This document shows positions 25,605 through 32,000 of a stretch of 32,000 nt of DNA, piece after piece; the first letter of the stretch is position 1; each line of letters begins with the position of its first letter. Both the position numbers and the translations under genes were made by a program. This DNA is from Candidatus Pacearchaeota archaeon. Lineage in GTDB: Archaea > Nanobdellota > Nanobdellia > Pacearchaeales > UBA284. The DNA is taken from positions 420,001-452,000 of the forward strand of contig CP061211.1 of NCBI GenBank assembly GCA_026016245.1. The letters are read 5' to 3'. Under the pieces are notes generated by a model. It was not told where the DNA came from. It made no database searches and saw only the letters and a list, made by a program, of their open reading frames with translations.

Positions 25605-26162
25605 ATGAAAAAGAAAATAACAAAAATAATCAAGATACCAGAAAAAACAGAAATAAAACTAGAACTTCCGAAAATAGTTGTTAGTGGCCCTCTTGGAAGT
25701 ATTGAGAAAAAATTCAAATTTAAAAGAATACAGATAAAAAAGGAAAATAATGAGATGATAATTGAACATGAAAAAGCCACAAAAAAAGATAAAAAAATAA
25801 TAAATACGATGGCAAGTCTTGTTGAAAGTATGATTAGGGGGGTTAATGAGGGTTATGAGTATAAACTCCAAATATGCTCAACACATTTTCCTATAAGTGT
25901 CAAAATAGACAAGGAAAAAAATCTCTTGGTTATAAAGAATTTTCTTGGTGAGAATAAAGATAGGATAGTGAGATTACTCCCCGAAGTGGATATAAAGATA
26001 CAGGGAGATATCATATCTATAAATTCAGTAAATAAAGAACTAGCTGGACAGCAGGCAGCAGATATTGAAGTTGTTTCAAGAATCAAAAGACGTGATAGGA
26101 GAGTTTTCCAAGATGGAATATGGATAATTAAAAAAGAAAAAGGAAGACCAAAATCAAAATGA
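25605..26162 (+). CDS. rpl6: Ribosomal protein uL6
   Basis: GPLGSIEKKFKFKRIQI...MASLVESMIRGVNEGYEYKLQICSTHFPISVKIDKEKNLLVIKNFLGEN...VSRIKRRDRRVFQDGIWIIKKEKG. Confidence 0.95.
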   Translation: MKKKITKIIKIPEKTEIKLELPKIVVSGPLGSIEKKFKFKRIQIKKENNEMIIEHEKATKKDKKIINTMASLVESMIRGVNEGYEYKLQICSTHFPISVKIDKEKNLLVIKNFLGENKDRIVRLLPEVDIKIQGDIISINSVNKELAGQQAADIEVVSRIKRRDRRVFQDGIWIIKKEKGRPKSK

Positions 26163-26767
26163 TAAAGAAAAAGCCCAGATTTTTGAGAAAAGACACTTTC
26201 AAGAAATCAAGATTAGGGAAAAGAAAGAAAAAAAAACAGATATGGAGAAGGCCTATAGGTAGGCATAGCAAAATAAGGGAAAAAAGAAGGGGTTATGGGA
26301 AACAGCCATCAATAGGTTATAGTTCCCCACGTAAAATCAGAGGCTCTATGAGGGGATTGAAACCTGTATTAATTTATTCTCCCAAAGATATTAATGAAAT
26401 TAAAAAAAATGAAATTGTTATTGTGGGCAAGGTTGGTAAAAAAAGAAAAATAGATATCGCTAAGAAAGCTCTTGAGAAAAAGATTATTCTTTCAAATCTA
26501 AATGCTCAAAAATTCATAAGGAAAATTGAGGCAGAAAAGAAAAAGAAAGAAGAATTAAGGAAGAAAAGAAAAGTGGAAGAAAAGAAAAAAGAGGAAAAGA
26601 AAACAAAAGAAACAAAGGAAGTGAAAAAAGAAGAAAAGAAGGAGGAAAAGGAAAAAGGAAAAATCCTGCGTAAGGAAACAAAAAAAGAAAAGCCAGAAGT
26701 AAAAATTAAGCCAAAAGGAGGGCCTAAAGAAAAAAAAGAAATGTTTAGAAAGGCGCTTGAAAAATGA
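26159..26767 (+). CDS. rpl32e: Ribosomal protein eL32 with long K/E-rich C-terminal extension
   Basis: KPRFLRKDTFKKSRLGKRKKKKQIWRRPIGRHSKIREKRRGYGKQPSIGYSSPRKIRGSMRGLKPVLIYSPKDI. Confidence 0.92.
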   Translation: MIKKKPRFLRKDTFKKSRLGKRKKKKQIWRRPIGRHSKIREKRRGYGKQPSIGYSSPRKIRGSMRGLKPVLIYSPKDINEIKKNEIVIVGKVGKKRKIDIAKKALEKKIILSNLNAQKFIRKIEAEKKKKEELRKKRKVEEKKKEEKKTKETKEVKKEEKKEEKEKGKILRKETKKEKPEVKIKPKGGPKEKKEMFRKALEK

Positions 26768-27192
26768 AAACACTAGCTTTACAAAAAAGACTTGCAGCTG
26801 CCGTACTTAAAGTTGGACAGAATAAGGTATGGTTTGATCCTTCTATGATTAGTGAGATTCGGGAAGCTATCACAAAAGAGGATATAAAGGCTCTGATAAA
26901 GGAAAAAGCAATTAAGAAAAAACCTATCATTGGAGTTAAAAGGAGAGCTGGTAAAAAAAGACAGAAAAGGAAGAGAAAGGGAAGGGGCAGAGGAGCTGGA
27001 AGAAAAAGAAAGATTGTGAAAAAAAGGAAAAAAGAATATATGATAAAAATAAGAAATCTGCGCTCTTATATTCATGAACTAAAATTAGGAGGAAAAATAG
27101 ATTCAAAAGAAAGCAGAAAATTAAGGAGGCTTGCAAAAGCTGGCGTATTCAAATCTAAAAAAGATATTAAAGAAAAGGTAAAAATAAGATGA
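26764..27192 (+). CDS. rpl19e: Ribosomal protein eL19
   Basis: LALQKRLAAAVLKVGQNKVWFDPSMISEIREAITKEDIKALIKEKAI...KKRKGRGRGAGRKRK...YIHELKLGGKIDSKESRKLRRLAKAGVFKS. Confidence 0.94.
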   Translation: MKTLALQKRLAAAVLKVGQNKVWFDPSMISEIREAITKEDIKALIKEKAIKKKPIIGVKRRAGKKRQKRKRKGRGRGAGRKRKIVKKRKKEYMIKIRNLRSYIHELKLGGKIDSKESRKLRRLAKAGVFKSKKDIKEKVKIR

Positions 27193-27689
27193 AAAGAAAA
27201 TTCGCTAAAGTAACATTCAGGAGAAGACATGAAGGAAAAACAGATTATAAAGCAAGAGCTACTCTCCTTAAATCTAAAGAACCCAGATTGATTATAAGAA
27301 AAACAGATAAGTACATCATTGCACAAATCGTGAAAAGTAAGGAAGCTCAAGATTCAACTGTGTGTTATGCTAACTCAAAAGAATTAGGTAGGCTGGGATG
27401 GGATTTAAGTTTCAAAAATATCCCTGCTTCATATTTAACAGGGCTTTTGATAGCTAAAAAGGCTAAGGAGAAAGGAATAAAGAAAGCGATAATTGACATC
27501 GGCCTTTATAGGTCTATTAAGGGCTCAAAACTATATGCTGTTGTTAAGGGGGCATTAGATGGCGGATTAGATATCCCACATGAAGAGAAAATGATACCAA
27601 AGGAGGAAAGAATAAAAGGCTCTCATGCCAAAAATGCTGAAAAAATAAATAAGATATTTAATGAAATAAGAGAAAAATTAAAGGGATAA
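27189..27689 (+). CDS. rpl18: Ribosomal protein uL18
   Basis: FRRRHEGKTDYKARATLLKSKEPRLIIRKTDKYIIAQIVKSKEAQDSTVCYANSKELGRLGW...IKKAIIDIGLYRSIKGSKLYAVVKGALDGGLDIPHEEKMIP. Confidence 0.95.
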   Translation: MKRKFAKVTFRRRHEGKTDYKARATLLKSKEPRLIIRKTDKYIIAQIVKSKEAQDSTVCYANSKELGRLGWDLSFKNIPASYLTGLLIAKKAKEKGIKKAIIDIGLYRSIKGSKLYAVVKGALDGGLDIPHEEKMIPKEERIKGSHAKNAEKINKIFNEIREKLKG

Positions 27690-27690
27690 A

Positions 27691-28521
27691 ATGTCAAGAG
27701 CTGGAAAAAAGGAAAAGGAAAGAGAAGTTAAAAGAATAGAGAAAGAACGTGAAGGTCAACAAGCCAAAGTAGAAGAGAGAATAGAAACAAAAGTAAAAGA
27801 GGAAGTGATGAAGAAGGAGGAGAAAAAGGAAGAAATTAAGCAGGTTAGAAGATCAGCAAGGAGGGAGAGAGAAAGAAAGAGCACTTTGGTTAGTTGGGTG
27901 CCTAGAACCCAACTTGGTAGAGATGTAAAACAAGGAAAAATTAAAAATATAAATGAAATTTTTGAAAAAAATTTAAAGATTCTAGAACCACAGATTGTTG
28001 ACTTCCTAATCCCAGAACTTGATTCAGACCTATTACGTATCGGACAAGCTAAAGGCAAGTTTGGTGGTGGAAAAAGACGCCCTTGGAGACAAACACAGAA
28101 AAAAACTTCGGAAGGAAATGTCCCAAGTTTTGCATGCATGGCTGTTGTTGGAGATAAGAAAGGATATGTTGGTTTAGGTCATGGTAAAGCAAAAGAAACT
28201 GTGCCCTCAAAGCAAAAAGCTCTAGCTAAAGCAAAGGTAAATTTAATTCGTGTCAGGAGAGGCTGTGGAAGTTTTGAGTGCGTTTGTAATGAACCACACA
28301 GCATTCCTTTTGTTACGGAAGGAAAAAGTGGAAGTTCTAGAATAAAACTAATGCCTGCACCAAAAGGAACAGGACTAGTTATTGATGATGAATGTAAAAA
28401 AATTCTAAGATTAGCAGGAATAAAAGATGTTTATAGCAAGACTTTTGGACAGACAAAAACAAAATTCAATCTAGCTAAAGCATGTATGATAGCTTTGGAA
28501 AAATTAGGCGGATATATTTAA
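27691..28521 (+). CDS. rps5: Ribosomal protein uS5 with K/E-rich N-terminal extension
   Basis: GGGKRRPWRQTQKKTSEGNVPSFACMAVVGDKKGYVGLGHGKAKETVPSKQKALAKAKVNLIRVRRGCGSFEC...SGSSRIKLMPAPKGTGLVIDDECKKILRLAGIKDVYSKTFGQT. Confidence 0.95.
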   Translation: MSRAGKKEKEREVKRIEKEREGQQAKVEERIETKVKEEVMKKEEKKEEIKQVRRSARRERERKSTLVSWVPRTQLGRDVKQGKIKNINEIFEKNLKILEPQIVDFLIPELDSDLLRIGQAKGKFGGGKRRPWRQTQKKTSEGNVPSFACMAVVGDKKGYVGLGHGKAKETVPSKQKALAKAKVNLIRVRRGCGSFECVCNEPHSIPFVTEGKSGSSRIKLMPAPKGTGLVIDDECKKILRLAGIKDVYSKTFGQTKTKFNLAKACMIALEKLGGYI

Positions 28522-28526
28522 AGAAA

Positions 28527-28964
28527 ATGGTAAAAATAATTGTTATCAGAATGAGGGGCATGGTGAATGTAGCCCCAGATGTGAAAAAAACTTTGGATAT
28601 GCTGAGACTGAGGAAAAAATTTTCTTGTGTGATAGTTGATGACAACCCAGAAACTATTGGCAAGCTAAAAAAAGTGCAAAATTATGCTTCTTATGGCCCT
28701 ATAAAGGAAAATACAATAAAACAATTGATTCTAAAGAGAGCAAAACTTCCAGGAAATAAACCATTTAAAGATGAAAAAAAAGTAGAGGGTTTTGTTAAAG
28801 ATTTTATTGAAGGAAAAAAGAATATGAAAGAATTGGGAATAAAACCTTTCTTTAGATTACATCCTCCAAGAGGAGGATTTAAGAGAGAAACTAGAAAATT
28901 ATTCCCTAAAGGTATCTTGGGGAATAATAAAGAAATAAATAAACTTGTTTTGAAAATGTTGTAA
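28527..28964 (+). CDS. rpl30: Ribosomal protein uL30
   Basis: MVKIIVIRMRGMVNVAPDVKKTLDMLRLRKKFSCVIVDDNPETIGKLKKVQNYASYGPIKENTIKQLILKRAK...FFRLHPPRGGFK; ATG 28527 preferred to 28482. Confidence 0.94.
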   Translation: MVKIIVIRMRGMVNVAPDVKKTLDMLRLRKKFSCVIVDDNPETIGKLKKVQNYASYGPIKENTIKQLILKRAKLPGNKPFKDEKKVEGFVKDFIEGKKNMKELGIKPFFRLHPPRGGFKRETRKLFPKGILGNNKEINKLVLKML

Positions 28965-28965
28965 G

Positions 28966-29406
28966 ATGAAAAAGAAAAGATCCAAGCGTTCAAGATTGAG
29001 AGGAAGGAGAAGTTGTGGTTATGGAGCTAGAAAAAAACACAGAGGCAAGGGAAGTAAAGGTGGTAAAGGAATGGCTGGGACTGGAAAAAGAGCAGGACAG
29101 AAAAGAACATGGGTTTTAAAGTACGACCCAGATCACTTTGGTAAAAGGGGCTTTACAAGTTTAAAAAAAATAAGAAGGAAAAAGATGAAAACAATAAACT
29201 TTTCACAAATTCAAGATCAGATTGATAGTTTAATGAAAAAAGGTTTGGGAAAAAAGACTGCTGAAGGAATAGAGCTTAATTTGAAGAATTATAAAGTTTT
29301 GGCAGGAGGGGATTTGGAAGATAAATTTATAATCAAAGCATCCTCATTCTCTAAAAAAGTTGAGGAAAAAATAAAAACATCGGGTAGCAAAATCATGAAG
29401 ATATAA
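28966..29406 (+). CDS. rpl15: Ribosomal protein uL15
   Basis: KKRSKRSRLRGRRSCGYGARKKHRGKGSKGGKGMAGTGKRAGQKRTW. Confidence 0.95.
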   Translation: MKKKRSKRSRLRGRRSCGYGARKKHRGKGSKGGKGMAGTGKRAGQKRTWVLKYDPDHFGKRGFTSLKKIRRKKMKTINFSQIQDQIDSLMKKGLGKKTAEGIELNLKNYKVLAGGDLEDKFIIKASSFSKKVEEKIKTSGSKIMKI

Positions 29407-30779
29407 TGTCTTTTAAAAATTTATTAGCAAATTTGCCAGAAGTCAAGGGGCCTGAAGAGAAAAAGCTTAGTTTTGGTAAAAAACTTAAGTGGACCCTCAT
29501 AATTCTGATAGCTTTCTTTGTCTTATCTAATATTCCTCTTTATGGCTTGTCTGAGAATGCATTGAGCAGATTTGAATACCTTTCTATCATCTTAGGGGCA
29601 AGTTTTGGTTCTTTAATGAGCTTAGGTATAGGACCTATCGTGACTGCATCCATTGTTTTACAACTTTTGGTAGGTTCGGGTATCTTGAATATAGATATGA
29701 CAAGTACTGAAGGAAAGAAATATTTTCAAGGTTTGCAGAAAGTCTTGGCAATCTCATTTGCTATATTTGAGGCTGTTATTTATGTTATGATGAAAGGGCT
29801 GCAAGCAACCCCTGGTCTCGAATGGCTTTTAATTTTCCAACTTTTCTTGGGTGGAATGTTGATCATTTTTATGGATGAAGTGATTAGTAAGTGGGGTTTT
29901 GGAAATGGTGTTGGTCTTTTCATTGTAGGAGGAGTGGCATGGCAGCTTATTGTTAGAGCATTCAGTTTCTTAGGACCTGAAAAAACAATACAGCCAGTTG
30001 GTAAAATTCCTGTGCTTATTGTTTCTATAATAAATGCTGATACTATTGGGGCATTAGCAGCATTCGTAGCTATTGCAGCCACAATTATTATATTCATTAT
30101 AGTTGTTTATACCCAAGCAATAAAAGTTGAAGTTCCGCTCTCGTTTGGAAGGGTTCGTGGTTTTGGTATTAGATGGCCTCTTGCTTTCTTTTACACTAGT
30201 GTTATTCCTGTTATTTTAACAGCTGCACTTCATGCAAACATAAATCTTATGGCCACTCTAGCAGAAAGAGTAGCTGGCTATGCAACTTTCCTTGGGGGTT
30301 TTAGTCCTGAAGGTATTCCAATAAGTGGTCTAGCATTCTGGTTCAGTGCACCGCCAGCAGGAATTATTGAGCATATAATAAAAGGATCATTTATGCCAGT
30401 TATGATATGGCAATCTTTAATGTATATCTTATTTATGGTTGCTGGCTCTGTAATGTTCTCCATTTTCTGGATGAAAACATCTGGAATGGATGCAGCAAGC
30501 CAGGCTCGACAGATATCATCTTCAGGATTACAAATTCCAGGATTCAGAAGAGATAATAGAGTTATAGAAAGCATTTTATCAAGATATATCCTGCCTTTAA
30601 CAGTCATGGGAGGTGCAGCAGTAGGCTTATTAGCAGCTTTATCAGATGTGACTGGAGCTTTAGTTAGGGGGACTGGTATATTACTTAGTGTTATGATAAT
30701 TTATCGTTTATATGAAGAAATTGCCCAACAGCATGCTCTTGATATGCATCCTCTTGCAAGAAAATTTATTGCAACATAG
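29406..30779 (+). CDS. secY: Preprotein translocase subunit SecY
   Basis: SFKNLLANLPEVKGPEEKKLSFGKKLKWTLIILIAFFVLSNIPLYGL..., multiple TM helices, QASARQISSSGLQIPGFRRDNRVIESILSRYILPLTVMGGAAVGLLAALSDVTGALVRGTGILLSVMIIYRLYEEIAQQ. Confidence 0.97.
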   Translation: MSFKNLLANLPEVKGPEEKKLSFGKKLKWTLIILIAFFVLSNIPLYGLSENALSRFEYLSIILGASFGSLMSLGIGPIVTASIVLQLLVGSGILNIDMTSTEGKKYFQGLQKVLAISFAIFEAVIYVMMKGLQATPGLEWLLIFQLFLGGMLIIFMDEVISKWGFGNGVGLFIVGGVAWQLIVRAFSFLGPEKTIQPVGKIPVLIVSIINADTIGALAAFVAIAATIIIFIIVVYTQAIKVEVPLSFGRVRGFGIRWPLAFFYTSVIPVILTAALHANINLMATLAERVAGYATFLGGFSPEGIPISGLAFWFSAPPAGIIEHIIKGSFMPVMIWQSLMYILFMVAGSVMFSIFWMKTSGMDAASQARQISSSGLQIPGFRRDNRVIESILSRYILPLTVMGGAAVGLLAALSDVTGALVRGTGILLSVMIIYRLYEEIAQQHALDMHPLARKFIAT

Positions 30780-30834
30780 CATAAGATTTAAATAAAACAA
30801 AATAAAAATTAGAAGATAAGATAGATAAAATAAA

Positions 30835-31287
30835 ATGAGTATATTTGTGGATTTTGTTCAGTGGAGCCCTTTAGCTAGCATAATCATATTTGCTTTTGTA
30901 ATAACATTCATCCTCACATTTCTGTATAAAAAATTGATCAATAAAAAAAAGATGGACGAACTAAAAGAAAAACAGAAAGAAGCAAAAGAAAAAATAAAAG
31001 AATATAAGGGTAATCCTGAAAAAATGGCAGAAATTCAGAAAGAGATGATGGAGGCAAGCATGCAGAGTATGAAATTAACCCTAAAACCCATGTTAATCAC
31101 ATTCCTTCCCTTATTACTTATATTTTATGGGCTTAAAATTTTATATATGGATGCTGTAAAGGTTGGAAATATTATAGAATGGGGGACTAATCTTCCCATA
31201 ATTGGAAATGGTGCAGGTTGGCTTCTTTGTTATATTGTTTTTGGTTTTGTCTTTAGTCTGATTTTACGCAAATTATTCAAAATATAA
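30835..31287 (+). CDS. DUF106/EMC3-like membrane protein (YidC/Oxa1 superfamily-related)
   Basis: TM helix, coiled KEKQKEAKEKIKEYKGNPEKMAEIQKEMMEASMQSMKLTLKPMLITFLPLLLIFYGL, further TM helix; canonical position after SecY. Confidence 0.8.
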   Translation: MSIFVDFVQWSPLASIIIFAFVITFILTFLYKKLINKKKMDELKEKQKEAKEKIKEYKGNPEKMAEIQKEMMEASMQSMKLTLKPMLITFLPLLLIFYGLKILYMDAVKVGNIIEWGTNLPIIGNGAGWLLCYIVFGFVFSLILRKLFKI

Positions 31288-31288
31288 G

Positions 31289-31711
31289 ATGGATAAAGAA
31301 AATAAAGAATTTGAGAAAAAGATAATTGAGTTTAATATTCTTGATGCTAGAATTAGGGAGTTAGAGCAAAATATAGTTCTTTTGGAAAAACAAATTACAG
31401 AGATACAGAATTGTCAACTATCTCTAGATGAACTTAAGAACACAAAGGAAGGAACTGAAACATTTTCATCCATTAGTCCAGGAATCCTCGTGAAATCTAA
31501 ACTATTGGATAATTCAGAAGTTATGATGGATGTTGGAGCCAAAATTTTCTGTAAAAAAAGTGTTGATGGAGCTAAAGAAATAATACAGAAAAGATTAGAT
31601 CAGGCTCTTGAAATTCATAAAAAACTATCTGAGGAGATAACTCTATTATTACAGGAAATAACTAAGTTAGAGAAGGAGATAAGAGAAAAACAATTAAAAT
31701 CTATTTCTTAA
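31289..31711 (+). CDS. pfdA: Prefoldin subunit alpha-like protein
   Basis: N-terminal coiled coil, central ISPGILVKSKLLDNSEVMMDVGAKIFCKKSVDGAKEIIQKRLDQ beta region, C-terminal coiled coil. Confidence 0.7.
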   Translation: MDKENKEFEKKIIEFNILDARIRELEQNIVLLEKQITEIQNCQLSLDELKNTKEGTETFSSISPGILVKSKLLDNSEVMMDVGAKIFCKKSVDGAKEIIQKRLDQALEIHKKLSEEITLLLQEITKLEKEIREKQLKSIS

Positions 31712-32000
31712 ACATAAAAGGATAAACTCTTCTAACCTCGCTGATAAAAGATTTTTTCATGAAAACTCCAAGCTCTGAAATTATTGCTGTAACAAGTGCT
31801 GGATCTATTTTTTCAAAAGCCATGTTAGAGATCTTAACACCTTTTGGAGGATTAGACCAAACTTCCTTAATACTTCTTTTTTCAATTTTTTCTTCTATTC
31901 CATAAATTGTTTCTGGATCAAATTTCCAAGAATCTGTTGCTACATAGAGAGGAACATCATACTTTTTCGCAATAATAGCAAAAAGTTCGCTTCCTATTTT
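31701..32000 (-). CDS. eIF2B alpha/beta/delta-like protein (possibly ribose-1,5-bisphosphate isomerase family), C-terminal part; runs off window edge
   Basis: Minus-strand translation KIGSELFAIIAKKYDVPLYVATDSWKFDPETIYGIEEKIEKRSIKEVWSNPPKGVKISNMAFEKIDPALVTAIISELGVFMKKSFISEVRRVYPFMFKK*. Confidence 0.75.
   Translation of the reverse strand, partial: KIGSELFAIIAKKYDVPLYVATDSWKFDPETIYGIEEKIEKRSIKEVWSNPPKGVKISNMAFEKIDPALVTAIISELGVFMKKSFISEVRRVYPFMFKK

Noticed and set aside
27756-28139. Antisense ORFs opposite uS5, eL19, uL18, uL6 and SecY
   Set aside because: Low-complexity shadow ORFs of conserved sense genes; no independent evidence.
1-32000. CRISPR array, transposase, integrase, toxin-antitoxin or restriction system
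   Set aside because: No regularly spaced repeats and no recognisable recombinase, cas, RM or TA motifs in any ORF examined; the intein endonuclease is the only clear mobile component. The lone nucleotidyltransferase relic at 9009-9721 has no HEPN partner, so an MNT-HEPN call is unsupported.

Overview
This is an AT-rich archaeal chromosomal segment. Gene content and compactness suggest a DPANN-like lineage, but that is inference. The right half (about 17.5-30.8 kb) is a near-canonical archaeal ribosomal-protein superoperon: uL3-uL4-uL23-uL2-uS19-uL22-uS3-uL29-eIF1/SUI1-Rpp29-uS17-uL14-uL24-eS4-uL5-uS14-uS8-uL6-eL32-eL19-uL18-uS5-uL30-uL15-SecY. It is followed by an EMC3/DUF106-like protein, prefoldin alpha and a partial minus-strand eIF2B-like gene. 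The middle (11.8-16.6 kb, minus strand) carries uL11, eL33, eL43, Rpo12/RpoP, prefoldin beta, a SepF-like protein, a short Dph2-like protein and a 600-aa nucleotidyltransferase-domain protein. The left 11 kb is more accessory: partial AlkD-like, glycosyltransferase, an EndoQ-like PHP nuclease interrupted by a 363-aa LAGLIDADG intein, a UDG-superfamily-like protein, LMW-PTP-like, a PEP-utilising mobile-domain protein split by a frameshift, HAM1/RdgB, DUF1284-like, a frameshifted nucleotidyltransferase, a TrmB-like regulator and a divergent stand-alone protein resembling the archaeal AlaRS catalytic core. Four tRNA genes are supported (Arg-GCG, Ser-GGA, Pro-TGG, Val-TAC). The best leads are the EndoQ intein, the AlaRS-core-like paralog beside TrmB, the N-terminally short Dph2, the tRNA-Ser relic with its dispersed GC-rich repeat, and near-identical DNA encoding K/E tracts in different ribosomal-protein genes. 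I found no clear defence system, CRISPR array or transposase.
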